A DNA stretch of 64,000 nt from an uncultured Verrucomicrobiae bacterium (GCA_963764165.1 CAVXRD010000002.1:1888001-1952000); one strand, 5' to 3'; shown: positions 20,112-30,538, counted from the stretch's first letter. Notes: generated by a model from the letters alone, not told the origin. Translations and numbers: made by a program.

Positions 20112-21130
20112 GGCGCGCCGCCTTCGGCTGCGGGTGGAACCTCTTCTTCCGCCTCGTCATGGAATTGCGTGCGCAGGGCTTCGGCGTTTACGCCGCGTTC
20201 GCGCAGCCAGCGCACCATGGGCGCGGTGTAACCGTGAGTTACCCAAACTGTTTCGGCTCCGGTCGCCTTGATGGTAGCTTGAAGGCCGTTCCAATCCGCG
20301 TGGTCCGACAAGACGAAGCCGCGCTCAATCGATCTCCGGCGGCGCGTTCCACGGATCTGCATCCAGCCGGATGCGAACGCAGTTGAAACCTCGCCGAAGC
20401 GGCGGAGCCACAGCGAATTGTCGGTGGACATCGGCGCGAGCACCAGGCCGCGCCCTTGCGCGGCGCGAACGCTTTCAGCATTGACTGGCGTGGTCTCCGG
20501 AAATTCCACCCCGCGCGCGCGGTAGGCCGGAAGAAATGGCTCGATCGATCCGTGCAGGAATATCGGCCCGTTACCGCCGCGAAGCCCGCGCAGGAGGCGT
20601 TGCGCCTTGCCAAGCGAATAACAGAAAATGACGCTCGCCTGCCCCTCTTCCTGATTAGCGCGCCACCAGCGGTGAATTTCGGGAAATATTTCGTCCTGCG
20701 GCCGCCAGCGGAAAATCGGGAGACCGAAGGTCGATTCCGTCACGAAATGATGGCAGCGGATCGGCGCAAAGGGCTCGCATGTCCCGTCATTCTCCAATTT
20801 GTAATCACCGCTAACGACGCAAATCTCGCCGCGATGTTCTATTCGAACCTGGGCGGATCCAAGAATGTGGCCGGCGGGATGAAGCGACATTTCCAAGCCG
20901 TTGCGAGTGACGCTTTCGCCGTAACGCAACGGATGAACGCGGATGTCAGGGCCGAGGCGCAGCCGCAGAAGCGGCTCGTTCTCCACATGAGTCAAGTATA
21001 ACCCGCAGCCCGGGCGGGCGTGGTCCGAATGCGCGTGCGTGACAACAGCCACTTCCACGGGCCGCCACGGGTCGACATGGAACCCGCCCGCTTCGCAAAA
21101 CAGACCGCGCTCGGTGTTTTGTAGGAGGAT
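20108..21130 (-). CDS. Ligase-associated DNA damage response exonuclease (MBL/beta-CASP)
   Basis: DPWRPV, THAHSDH, PAGHILGSAQ, TESTFGLP, LSDHADW; conserved N-terminus extends 24 codons above the GTG at 21058. Confidence 0.9.
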   Translation of the reverse strand: MLLQNTERGLFCEAGGFHVDPWRPVEVAVVTHAHSDHARPGCGLYLTHVENEPLLRLRLGPDIRVHPLRYGESVTRNGLEMSLHPAGHILGSAQVRIEHRGEICVVSGDYKLENDGTCEPFAPIRCHHFVTESTFGLPIFRWRPQDEIFPEIHRWWRANQEEGQASVIFCYSLGKAQRLLRGLRGGNGPIFLHGSIEPFLPAYRARGVEFPETTPVNAESVRAAQGRGLVLAPMSTDNSLWLRRFGEVSTAFASGWMQIRGTRRRRSIERGFVLSDHADWNGLQATIKATGAETVWVTHGYTAPMVRWLRERGVNAEALRTQFHDEAEEEVPPAAEGGAP

Positions 21131-21242
21131 GTTTCCTTTCCGCCTCGCGTTGCGCGCGAGGCTGTGATGTTTTGCCTAGATAGCCAGCTTAATATGCCAA
21201 TGGGAAGAACGGTGTGCCATGGGTTTTATTCCCGGGTGGTTT

Positions 21243-22478
21243 CTAGTGCGCTATGGGCGTGGCGCCTTGCTCCTCGACGAAACGAATGGGGCCCATGTAA
21301 ACGCGGCCGATCAAAAAAATGAGGATGCTCATGGCGGACGTTCCCGCCAGCAATACCGCAATCGGCAAAATTTGGTGCGAATCCTTCAAACCGATTATTG
21401 ACGACGCGATTCCAGAAATTCCAATTTGCAGAAATCCGAGCATAGCGGCGGCGCTGCCGATGTTGCGGTCAAACGGGGAAATTGCCAGGGCTGCGCCATT
21501 CGGGCCGGCGAGGCCAATCACGGAAAGCGCCAGAAACAAGAGCACCAGCGCGGGCCGCAGCCCGAACTCGTGCATCGCCCCGATCAGGAACAAAATGGAG
21601 ATCGGCAGATAGATGGTGAGCGCCACCGCATAAATTCGAGCGCTGGTGAATTTTTTCAATAGCAGGGAATTAATCTGGTTGCTGCCGATAAAGCCTGCCG
21701 CCAGCCCTGCAAAAATGTAGCCGTAGGTGGCTGCCTTCACCTTGAACACTTCCAGGAAAATGATCGGGGAACCGGCCACATAAGCAAGCAAGCCGGAAAA
21801 AGCAAACGCGCTCGACAGCGCGAAAACGGTGAACTGCCTTTCGCGCAGAACCTCCGCGTAGTTTTTCATGATCGGCTTCAATTGGAGGGAAACGGATTTG
21901 TCCGGGATATGCCCGTCCGGCAGCAAAAACACACAGAGCAACAAGTTCAAAACTGCCACAATGGCCAGAACCATGAACACCCACTGCCAGCCCCAATGGA
22001 CGGCTATGAGCGTCCCCACGGATGGCGCGAGCAGCGGCGAAACACCCAGTATAAGAATCAGCCACGCGATGATTCGCGCCGTTTCCTTAACCGGGAAAAA
22101 ATCCCGCACCATGGCCATTGCGGCCACTTGCGCTGCGCATCCGCCGAGCGCCTGCAAGAATCGCATCGTGACCAGCCACTCCACCGAGCGTGAGCAGAGG
22201 CACAAAATCGAGGCCACCGCGAAGAGCACGAGGCCGAAGTATAAAGGTATTTTCCGGCCGAACCTGTCAAGCAGCGGCCCGTAAAAAAGCTGTCCCACCG
22301 CCAATCCGGCAAAATAGCTTGCCACTGAAAGCGAAATTTTAGCGGTCGTTGTGTGCAGCCCGTCGGCGATCTGTGGAAACGCGGGCAGGTACATATCGAT
22401 GGCAAACGGGCTGAGCGTGGAAAGCGATCCCAGTATCAAGATGATCAGAGAACGATTGTGCGATGGATGACGCGACAT
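21243..22478 (-). CDS. Bcr/CflA family multidrug efflux MFS transporter
   Basis: IDMYLPAFP, GPLLDRFGRK, RFLQALGG. Confidence 0.93.
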   Translation of the reverse strand: MSRHPSHNRSLIILILGSLSTLSPFAIDMYLPAFPQIADGLHTTTAKISLSVASYFAGLAVGQLFYGPLLDRFGRKIPLYFGLVLFAVASILCLCSRSVEWLVTMRFLQALGGCAAQVAAMAMVRDFFPVKETARIIAWLILILGVSPLLAPSVGTLIAVHWGWQWVFMVLAIVAVLNLLLCVFLLPDGHIPDKSVSLQLKPIMKNYAEVLRERQFTVFALSSAFAFSGLLAYVAGSPIIFLEVFKVKAATYGYIFAGLAAGFIGSNQINSLLLKKFTSARIYAVALTIYLPISILFLIGAMHEFGLRPALVLLFLALSVIGLAGPNGAALAISPFDRNIGSAAAMLGFLQIGISGIASSIIGLKDSHQILPIAVLLAGTSAMSILIFLIGRVYMGPIRFVEEQGATPIAH

Positions 22479-22592
22479 ATTTGGATAAGAGTCGAAGCAA
22501 GGAATCGGGTGCGGACGCCCGCCACGGCGCACAATGAATGCGAAACCACAGAATTACGCAAGACTGGAAAGCCAAAGGGAAAACAAAACAAG

Positions 22593-22965
22593 AGCCACAG
22601 ATTGACACAGATCAACACAGATAAGAATTTTTCGGCGAGGGAGGCCGGCACTTTTAGAGCGTGTTTTGAAAATAGCTTGGGTAATGGATTGCGAGTGCGG
22701 CGGGGCGGATGGCGAGGCAGCCCGCAGGGCGGGCAGCTATTAATTTGTTCTGACTCGGCGAAGGAGAATATCCCTTGTGGATCTTCGACTGAGGAGCAAC
22801 GACCTGTCCTCCGTAGCCATGGCGAAGGAGGAAGCCAGCCGCCCCGCCCCGCCGCAAGACCGCCCAAGCCATTTTCAAAACACGCTCTTAGCCAGCCCGG
22901 GATGACATCCGGCAAATACTGTCAAACAAAATGTCTTATCAGAGAATCTGTGTCCATCTGTGGCT
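22593..22965. repeat. Palindromic repeat (AGCCACAGAT...ATCTGTGGCT) split by a MITE
   Basis: Arms 22593-22625 and 22935-22965 are reverse complements. Confidence 0.75.
22657..22887. mobile_element. IS5-like MITE (231 bp) with TTA target duplication
   Basis: GAGCGTGTTTTGAAAATAGCTTGGG vs reverse complement of the right end, 1 mismatch; TTA on both sides. Confidence 0.85.
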
Positions 22966-22979
22966 GGAAATCCGCGGCC

Positions 22980-24632
22980 CTACTTTGCCGGGGCAGCCAC
23001 GCCTGCGAGGCATTGCAGCAGGTAGGGGAGCAGTTGTTTCTTTCGCGAGACGATGCCGTCCAGTTCCCAGACGTTCGGAACCCGCGAAGGGAAATTGATC
23101 TTGCCCAGAAATTCCGGCGCGCCCTGCACCATCAGCAGCGAATTCTGCGTGTTGATGTCCGTGACCAGCAGCGCGGAAAAAAGCAGGCCGCGGCTTTTTT
23201 GAAAACGCTCCAGCGCGGCGCTCAGCGCCTCGCGTTTTTCCTCGAAGTTCGAGAAGTTCAGCTCCTCGATCTGCGCGACGGTGAAGCGGCGGCCTTTCTC
23301 TTCGTATTCCTTGCAATCCGTCGCGATGACCTTTTCCGGCGACATCGTGAGCAGCGGCGAGCCGACGGCGAAAATCGCCTGGGCCAGCTCGGTCGGATCC
23401 GCTTTGGCGATTCCGGCCAGAAGCCCGAGAACGCGCTTGTCCACCGGCGTGGTGGTGGGCGAGGTCAAATTCAGCGTGTCCGCGATGATCCCCGCCATCA
23501 GCAGCCCGGCGATTTCGGGCGGAATTTTCACTTCCAATTGTTCGTAGCAGAGCGTGACAATCGTGCTGGTCGAACCGACCGGGTTGTTCCAGAAATGAAT
23601 CGGAGCATCGCTGGCGAAACCGCCGATGCGATGGTGGTCGAGAATTTCCACAATCGGGATTTTGTCCGCCCCTTCCACCGCCTGGGAAAGCTCGTTGTGA
23701 TCGACCAGGATCAGCCGGCGCGGAATCGGCTTGATGAAATCGCTCTTGGACAACACGCCAGCCAGGGCGCCGTCTTCGCCCAGCACCGGAAAAATGTAGG
23801 AGGCGGAACTGGCCGCCCGTTCGCGCGCGGCTTCCAGCGGCGTCTCTTCCTGAAAACTGATGAACGGCTCCACCATGCGTTCCACGCGCACCGCGCCGCG
23901 GGCCAGCAACACCGTGGTGGCCGTGTCGTGCGGTGAACTGATAATCGTGACACCCGCCTCAACCGCCGCCTTCAGGAGCGCCTCGGGCAAAGGCAAGCCG
24001 CCGGTCACCACAATCGCATGCACCTTGGCCTTGATGGCGCATTCCTGGACGTCCTCGCGATTGCCCACAAAAAGCACGATTCGCCTTGCCTTGTAATGAT
24101 CGAGCCGCTCGGAAAAACTGTCGAGGCTCATGGCCGCGACCATCAGCAAGTGCTCGGCTGTCTCGGCGCAAATCTCGCCCGCGACCGGCGAGCCGCCGAA
24201 CACGACCACGATATCCTTGAGCGACGCCGTGACCATTCGCGCCTTGGACGCATCCTCGCGTGGCGGGAAAAGCTGGCTGGTCAATTTGAAAGTGGAAAGC
24301 AGCCCGACGCAGCGATTGTGCTCGTCCACCACCGGCAGGCCGCGGTAATGCTCGTCAATCATCTGCATGGCGTCGTATACCGCCGAATCTGACCTGACGC
24401 AGGGGGCGTTTTTCTGCATGACATCGCAAACCGTGGGGGAAACATCGCTAAAAAAGGCCGGCGCCTCGACGCCGAAGCGATTGAGGACATAATCGATACG
24501 GGCATTGGTGTTGCCAGCCCGGCCCGCTATAACCCCTTCTGCGCCAGTCATCTGCTTCAGCCTGGCGTAGGCCACGGCGGCACAGATGGAATCCATGTCC
24601 GGGTTCTTGTGTCCGATTACGATTGTTTGCAT
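22980..24632 (-). CDS. ppaC: Manganese-dependent inorganic pyrophosphatase with CBS and DRTGG domains
   Basis: GHKNPDMDSI, VDHNE, DHHR, PVGSTSTIV, SRKKQ; internal CBS/DRTGG-like insert. Confidence 0.93.
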   Translation of the reverse strand: MQTIVIGHKNPDMDSICAAVAYARLKQMTGAEGVIAGRAGNTNARIDYVLNRFGVEAPAFFSDVSPTVCDVMQKNAPCVRSDSAVYDAMQMIDEHYRGLPVVDEHNRCVGLLSTFKLTSQLFPPREDASKARMVTASLKDIVVVFGGSPVAGEICAETAEHLLMVAAMSLDSFSERLDHYKARRIVLFVGNREDVQECAIKAKVHAIVVTGGLPLPEALLKAAVEAGVTIISSPHDTATTVLLARGAVRVERMVEPFISFQEETPLEAARERAASSASYIFPVLGEDGALAGVLSKSDFIKPIPRRLILVDHNELSQAVEGADKIPIVEILDHHRIGGFASDAPIHFWNNPVGSTSTIVTLCYEQLEVKIPPEIAGLLMAGIIADTLNLTSPTTTPVDKRVLGLLAGIAKADPTELAQAIFAVGSPLLTMSPEKVIATDCKEYEEKGRRFTVAQIEELNFSNFEEKREALSAALERFQKSRGLLFSALLVTDINTQNSLLMVQGAPEFLGKINFPSRVPNVWELDGIVSRKKQLLPYLLQCLAGVAAPAK

Positions 24633-24828
24633 TCCGTGAATAGCACTTAGTTGTGCCCAAATGGAACTCGAAAATAAAGAACAATGAAGGTGGGTCATCA
24701 CCTATTTCGCCAAGTTCTTTCCCCCCGCGGTGGGGCGAGACTGTAGAACATTACCTATTTGTAATGGTTTCTTGGCGATTTTGGGCTTCTATTGTCTTTT
24801 GGGCATAGTTTACGTTCTTGGAACTTAT

Positions 24829-25821
24829 ATGAATACTGGCATCAGTGCTATTAACGACCAAGTGCAGCGCACCAGCGCGTTTGTGCGCCCGCTTTTCGCC
24901 GAGATCGGAAAGGTGGTCATCGGGCAAAATTACCTTGTGGAACGGCTCGTGGTGGGCCTTCTGGCCAATGGCCACGTCCTGCTTGAAGGCGTTCCCGGGC
25001 TGGCCAAGACGCTTTCGGTCAAGGCGCTTTCCTCCGCGCTGCACGTCAAATTCGCCCGCCTTCAATTCACGCCCGACCTCCTGCCGGCGGACTTGATCGG
25101 CACGCAGGTTTACAATCCGCAAACCGGCTCGTTCACCACCCGGCGCGGCCCGATTTTCGCCAACGTCGTTCTGGCCGACGAAATCAACCGCGCCCCAGCC
25201 AAGGTGCAAAGCGCGCTGCTGGAAGCGATGCAGGAAAAGCAGGTCACCATCGGCGACCAGACGTTCAAGCTGGAAGAGCCATTCCTCGTGCTTGCGACAC
25301 AAAACCCGGTCGAGCAGGAAGGAACGTATCCGTTGCCGGAAGCGCAGGTGGATCGTTTCATGTTGAAGCTGAAGATTGTCTATCCATCGCGCGAAGAGGA
25401 GCGGCAGATTTTGGATTTGATGGCCCGCACGTCCACGCCGCCCACCACTTCCCAGGTTGTCAGCGCGCAGCAAATTCTCGAGGCGCGCCAGACGCTCAAC
25501 GACATGTACATCGATGACAAGGTGAAGGATTACATCGTTGATATTGTTTGCTGCACACGCGACCCGGGGGCTTACAAAATCGAGGGCTTGCAGGGCATGA
25601 TTCAACTCGGCGCCTCGCCGCGCGCCACGATTGCGCTGACGCTGGCGGCCAAGGCTTTTGCCTTTTTGCGCGGGCGCGGTTACGTCACGCCGCAGGACGT
25701 CAAGAGCATCGGCATGGATGTCCTGCGCCATCGCGTGACGGTCACCTACGAAGCCGAGGCCGAGGAAAAATCGAGCGAGACGATCATCACGAAGATTTTC
25801 AACGAACTGCCGGTGCCTTGA
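24829..25821 (+). CDS. moxR: MoxR family AAA+ ATPase
   Basis: GVPGLAKT, QFTPDLLPAD, DEINRAPAKVQSALLEAM, YPLPEAQVDRF. Confidence 0.96.
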   Translation: MNTGISAINDQVQRTSAFVRPLFAEIGKVVIGQNYLVERLVVGLLANGHVLLEGVPGLAKTLSVKALSSALHVKFARLQFTPDLLPADLIGTQVYNPQTGSFTTRRGPIFANVVLADEINRAPAKVQSALLEAMQEKQVTIGDQTFKLEEPFLVLATQNPVEQEGTYPLPEAQVDRFMLKLKIVYPSREEERQILDLMARTSTPPTTSQVVSAQQILEARQTLNDMYIDDKVKDYIVDIVCCTRDPGAYKIEGLQGMIQLGASPRATIALTLAAKAFAFLRGRGYVTPQDVKSIGMDVLRHRVTVTYEAEAEEKSSETIITKIFNELPVP

Positions 25822-25931
25822 TTTCGGCGGATGGATTTTTAGACAGAATGAACAGGATTTACAGGATGCGCAACAAGCTAGCCGTTCATGGTGAAGCCAT
25901 TCCCTTGCCTGGTGTCCGCGCGCGTCTCCGC

Positions 25932-26037
25932 CGGAGCGCGGCTGTGTCGAAGACCAGCCGCAGCAGCATTCAAATTAACCGGCGCGTGACTCCGTTTTGC
26001 CGTGGCTGCGGCTGGTCTTCGACACAGCCGCGCTCCG
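25932..26037. repeat. REP doublet (GGAGCGCGGCTGTGTCGAAGACCAGCCGCAGC family)
   Basis: Inverted pair; second doublet at 33590-33705. Confidence 0.85.
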
Positions 26038-26099
26038 TCTTGGGGAATGTCTCGATTTCTTCCCGTCCCACTCGTTTATCCACATGGTAACGGCTTAGC

Positions 26100-27050
26100 A
26101 TGATCCCGCGCGAAATACTCAAAAAAATCCGGCAGATCGAGCTGCGCACCACGCGGCTCGTTTCGGAAACTTTGGGCGGCCAATACCACAGCGTCTTCAA
26201 AGGGCAGGGCATGAACTTTGAGGAAGTGCGCGAGTATCAGCCCGGCGACGATGTCCGCTCCATCGATTGGAACGTGACGGCGCGCATGAATCATCCGTTC
26301 GTCAAGAAATTCGTCGAGGAACGGGAATTGACGCTGATGCTGGTGGTGGACTTGAGCGGTTCCGGATTGTTCGGCTCGCGCGATCAATCCAAGCGCGAAC
26401 TCGCGGCGGAACTGGCTTCCGTGCTGGCGTTTTCCGCCATTCGCAACAATGACAAAGTGGGCCTGATTCTTTTCACCGAGGAGGTGGAGAAATTTATTCC
26501 ACCGAAAAAAGGACGCCGCCATGTGCTGCGGGTGATTCGCGAAATTCTCCTGTTCCAACCGGAGAAGCGCGGCACCAATTTCGGCAAGGCGCTGGACGTT
26601 CTGAACCGGGTCGCGCGCAGGCACGCCATCGTGGTGGTGATCTCGGATTTTCTTTTCGAGCAGCGCGGGACGCCCGATAGCAACACCCGCCGCGGCGGCC
26701 ACCTTGTGTCGCCAACACTTGGGCCGCGCACACTGCCGGGGCTTCGCCAGGCCAATCGCCGCCACGATGTGATCGCGATTCAAGTAGTCGACCGCTACGA
26801 ATTGGAACTGCCCGCGATTGGGAGATTGGTTTTCCGCGACGCGGAAACGGGCGAACTCCTTGAAGTCAACACGAACGATGCCCGCAAGCGCCGCGCCTTT
26901 GCTGAACGGCGCGAGAAACACCAGGTGGAATTGCTGCGTGTGCTGCGGTCAGCGAATATCGACGCCATCGAAGTGCGGGCCGGCGAACCGTACGCCAGCG
27001 CACTGGGGCAATTCTTTGAAACGCGCGAGAAGCGCCGCCGCCACGGATGA
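26100..27050 (+). CDS. DUF58 domain protein
   Basis: FEEVREYQPGDDVRSIDWNVTAR, VDLSGS, ISDF. Confidence 0.95.
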   Translation: MIPREILKKIRQIELRTTRLVSETLGGQYHSVFKGQGMNFEEVREYQPGDDVRSIDWNVTARMNHPFVKKFVEERELTLMLVVDLSGSGLFGSRDQSKRELAAELASVLAFSAIRNNDKVGLILFTEEVEKFIPPKKGRRHVLRVIREILLFQPEKRGTNFGKALDVLNRVARRHAIVVVISDFLFEQRGTPDSNTRRGGHLVSPTLGPRTLPGLRQANRRHDVIAIQVVDRYELELPAIGRLVFRDAETGELLEVNTNDARKRRAFAERREKHQVELLRVLRSANIDAIEVRAGEPYASALGQFFETREKRRRHG

Positions 27051-27634
27051 AGACGAACTCCGCCATCATGGTGCCAAGCCCGGCTGCGGGCGGCACGAAC
27101 GCGCCCGCGCTGCAGTTTCACGAGGCGCTCAAGCCGATGATCGAAATCCCGAACCCGTGGCGGTGGGCGATCTGGACCGGCTCCCTCCTCGCGGTGTGTT
27201 TGATCAGCTGGCTGCTGTGGCGCTGGTGGAAGAAAAAAGCTGATGCCGCGCAGGCGGCGCCAATCGTGCCGCCGCATGTCCGCGCGCGCCGCGCGCTGGA
27301 AGCGGCGCTGGCGTTGATTGGCGATCCGAAGGCGTTTTCCATCGCCGTGTCCGGGGCCGTTCGCGAATACCTCGAGGAGCGCTTCACTTTCCATGCCCCC
27401 GACCGCACCACGGAGGAATTCCTATACGAGCTGCAAAACACAAATTTGTTGACAGTTGACCAAAAAGCCAGCCTCGGCAACTTTTTGGAGAACTGCGATC
27501 TGATCAAATTCGCCAAATACGAACCCGCCGAAACTGAGCTTCGCGCGATGCACGACGCGGCGCGGCGGCTGGTCGACGAAACCGAACCGCGCTGGGATCC
27601 CGCCGCCCAATCCACGGCGGCTTCCGCCAAATGA
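27047..27634 (+). CDS. Bat-operon membrane protein (DUF4381-like)
   Basis: Single TM segment, REYLEERF..TTEEFL, CDLIKFAKY; coupled to both neighbours. Confidence 0.8.
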   Translation: MKTNSAIMVPSPAAGGTNAPALQFHEALKPMIEIPNPWRWAIWTGSLLAVCLISWLLWRWWKKKADAAQAAPIVPPHVRARRALEAALALIGDPKAFSIAVSGAVREYLEERFTFHAPDRTTEEFLYELQNTNLLTVDQKASLGNFLENCDLIKFAKYEPAETELRAMHDAARRLVDETEPRWDPAAQSTAASAK

Positions 27635-28623
27635 CCTTCGCGCATCCATACATTTTGCTTTTGCTGCTGCTGCTGCCGGTGGTGGCGTGGCTCAAGGGGA
27701 AATTAGGCCAAGCCTCCGCCTTTGTGTATTCGTCGGTGGATTTGGTGCGCCCCATCACCGGACTTCACCGCTCGCGGGCAGGAGTAATTTTGGCAAATTT
27801 GCGCTGGCTGGCCCTGGCCATTTTCATCGTCGCCCTGGCGCAGCCGCGATTGGTGCGCGGAGAATCGAATGTGAAAGCCAGCGGCATTGATATTGTGGTG
27901 GCGCTTGATTTGTCCGGCAGCATGCGCTCGGAGGATTTTGGCGAAGGGCTCAGCCGCATCAAACTGGCCAAGGAGGTTCTGGCAAAATTCATCGACAACC
28001 GGCCCAACGATCGCATCGGGCTCGTCGCGTTTGCCAAGGACGCCTACATCGCCTCCCCGCCGACGCTGGACCACGATTATTTGCAGGAGCAATTGAAGCG
28101 CCTCGAGATTGGCGTCATTGACGAGAATGCCACGGCCATCGGCTCGGCGCTGATGACATCGCTCAACCGCATCAAGGATCTCAAAGACAAAAGCAAAATC
28201 GTCATTCTGATGACCGACGGACAGAACAACTCGGGCAAAGTTTCGCCGCTGACCGCCGCGGACGCCGCGCAGGCGCTTGGCGTGAAGGTTTACACGATTG
28301 GCATCGGCAAGCAGGGCACCGCGCCGTATCCCGTCGGCAAGGATCAATGGGGCCGGATGCATTACCGCGACATGGCGGTGGATATTGACGAAGAGACGCT
28401 GACAAAAATCGCGCAGGAGACAAACGGCAAATACTATCGCGCCGACACCGCCGACACGCTTAGAAAAATTTACGCCGACATCGACCGCCTCGAAACCACC
28501 GAAATCGAGGTGAAGAAATACGAGCACTACGACGAGTTGTTCGGCCAGGTGGCGATTGCGGGATTGGTTGTGCTGTTGTCGGAAATGGTGCTGGCGCAAA
28601 CCGTATGGAGGAAATTGCCGTGA
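27631..28623 (+). CDS. batA: VWA domain protein BatA
   Basis: ALAQPR, DLSGSM MIDAS, TAIGSAL, TDGQNNSG, IDEETL. Confidence 0.9.
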   Translation: MTFAHPYILLLLLLLPVVAWLKGKLGQASAFVYSSVDLVRPITGLHRSRAGVILANLRWLALAIFIVALAQPRLVRGESNVKASGIDIVVALDLSGSMRSEDFGEGLSRIKLAKEVLAKFIDNRPNDRIGLVAFAKDAYIASPPTLDHDYLQEQLKRLEIGVIDENATAIGSALMTSLNRIKDLKDKSKIVILMTDGQNNSGKVSPLTAADAAQALGVKVYTIGIGKQGTAPYPVGKDQWGRMHYRDMAVDIDEETLTKIAQETNGKYYRADTADTLRKIYADIDRLETTEIEVKKYEHYDELFGQVAIAGLVVLLSEMVLAQTVWRKLP

Positions 28624-28669
28624 CGCCCCCCATCGAACCCGAAAGCAGGCTCGAAAATCCGCGGAGCAA

Positions 28670-28748
28670 GGTAGGGACGCCTCGCCGAGGCGGCCGGGGT
28701 GTGGCGCGTATTGCAGTGCGGCGGACGCCTCGGCGAGGCGTCCCTACC
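28670..28748. repeat. REP doublet (GGTAGGGACGCCTCGCCGAGGCGTCC family)
   Basis: GTAG-type inverted pair; same family at 47001-48785 (IS-interrupted) and 52561-52643. Confidence 0.9.
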
Positions 28749-28768
28749 TTAAGATGGGATCCGAGCGC

Positions 28769-30538
28769 ATGAGAATCGAGCATCCACAAGTTTTATGGAT
28801 CATGGCGGTGGCCATTCCGGCGCTGCTGGGGCTTTTCTATTGGTCGTGGCGCGTCAAGCAGAAATTAATATCGCAATTTGTCGGCTCACGGCTCCTGCCG
28901 AGCCTTACCCACGGCGTGTCTCCGGGCCGCCAGAAATTCCGGCTAGCGCTGCTGGCGATCGCGGTGGCGGCGATTCTTTTCGCGCTGGCCCGCCCTCAAA
29001 ACGGCTTCACCTGGGAGGAAGCCAGGCAGCAAGGCCTTGATATCATGGTGGCCATCGATACCTCGCGCAGCATGCTGGCCCGCGACGTCGCGCCGAATCG
29101 CCTGGAAAAATGCAAGTTGGCGGTGATGGATTTGATGCGCCTCTCCAAGTCGGATCGAATCGGATTGGTCGTGTTTGCGGGCGACGCCTTTTTGCAGGCG
29201 CCGCTGACGCTCGACGAACAGGCGTTCCAGCAATCGGTCGATTTCGTTTCTGTTGGGATCGTTCCCAACGGCGGGACGTCGCTTTCCGCCGCCATCCACA
29301 CGACGTTGGACGCGTTCGAGAAAGGCAACGACAATCATAAAGTCATGGTGCTTTTCACCGATGGCGACGATCACGACGCGGACACCGAAACGCTGGCGGC
29401 CGCCAAGGAAGCGGCGGCGGCGGGCATGAGGATATTCACAATCGGTGTCGGAACGCCGGCTGGCGAATTAATCCAGGTGGCGGACGAACAGGGCAATTTA
29501 TCCTTCATCAAAGATGACCAGGGCAACGCGGTGAAATCGAGCCTGAATGAAAAATTGCTCCGCGAAATCGCGACCGAAGCCAACGGCTTTTATCTTCCGC
29601 TGCAAGGCGCCACGCCGATGGAAACGCTCTATAAACAAGGACTCGAACCGCTGCCAAAAACGGAAGAAGCCAGCCGTTTGACGCGCGTTTATATCGAGCG
29701 CTACCATTGGTTTCTCGGTTTTGCCATTCTGTGTTTGATTCTCGAGGCGCTGCTGCCGGAGCGTCCGCGGTCATGGTCGCGTTCGCGCTCCGGCCGAATC
29801 TCCCCCGCTGTCTCTGCCAAGGCCAAGGTGGCTGCGATGCTCCTTTTCCTGCTGATTCCATTGCGCGCAGCCGCCTCGCCATCGAGCGCGTTGAAGGATT
29901 TCGAGGCCGGCAATTTTCAAAGCGCCTACGAGGAATTCAAGCGCCTCGCCGCGCAGAAAACAAATGATTACCGCCTGCAATACGACGCCGGCGTCGCCGC
30001 CTACAACCTCAAAAAATACGACGACGCGCAGAAACACTTCAACGACGCCCTAGGCACCCAGGAGATGATCGCCAGCCCGCAAAACCAGCAGCAGACCTAT
30101 TTTAATTTGGGAAACACGCTATATTCCCTTGGCGCCGCAGCGGAGGATGCGGACAAGAAGAAAGGCTTGTGGAAGCAGGCGATCGACAATTATTCACGCG
30201 CCATCAATCTGGCCGCGAACATGAAAACGAACGACGTCGACGCGCAAAATAATTTCAATTTTGTCCAGCAGCAGATTGAGCAGTTGGACAAACAGCAGCA
30301 GAAGGATCAGGACAAAGATAAAGATAAAGACAACGAACCCAGCGCCGCCGCCAAGGAAGCCAAGGCGCGGGCGGACGCCGCTGTGATGCGCCGCCAATAC
30401 AAAGCGGCGCTGGACATCATGGAAGAATCGCTGAAGAACGATCCGACAACGCAAAATTATGGAGACTACATCAACCGGCTGCGGGAGGTTAACGGCGTGG
30501 CAACGAACGCTCCGCCGCGGCCTCGTCCTCAGCCTTAG
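28769..30538 (+). CDS. batB: BatB-like VWA protein fused to TPR domain
   Basis: ALARPQ, DTSRSM..DVAPNRLE, TDGDD, then TM and TPR motifs (YDAGVAAY, YFNLGNTLY). Confidence 0.85.
   Translation: MRIEHPQVLWIMAVAIPALLGLFYWSWRVKQKLISQFVGSRLLPSLTHGVSPGRQKFRLALLAIAVAAILFALARPQNGFTWEEARQQGLDIMVAIDTSRSMLARDVAPNRLEKCKLAVMDLMRLSKSDRIGLVVFAGDAFLQAPLTLDEQAFQQSVDFVSVGIVPNGGTSLSAAIHTTLDAFEKGNDNHKVMVLFTDGDDHDADTETLAAAKEAAAAGMRIFTIGVGTPAGELIQVADEQGNLSFIKDDQGNAVKSSLNEKLLREIATEANGFYLPLQGATPMETLYKQGLEPLPKTEEASRLTRVYIERYHWFLGFAILCLILEALLPERPRSWSRSRSGRISPAVSAKAKVAAMLLFLLIPLRAAASPSSALKDFEAGNFQSAYEEFKRLAAQKTNDYRLQYDAGVAAYNLKKYDDAQKHFNDALGTQEMIASPQNQQQTYFNLGNTLYSLGAAAEDADKKKGLWKQAIDNYSRAINLAANMKTNDVDAQNNFNFVQQQIEQLDKQQQKDQDKDKDKDNEPSAAAKEAKARADAAVMRRQYKAALDIMEESLKNDPTTQNYGDYINRLREVNGVATNAPPRPRPQP

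Noticed and set aside
22353..23936. 527-aa plus-strand ORF (likewise 47352-48695, 11873-12928, 16744-17799, 42575-43627, 52638-53696)
   Set aside because: Antisense shadows of well-supported genes in GC-rich DNA, with no recognisable motifs
28556..28768. N-terminal extensions in the ORF track (also 31237, 43435, 52605, 52612, 61801)
   Set aside because: They read through REPs or overlap upstream genes; downstream starts fit family N-termini better
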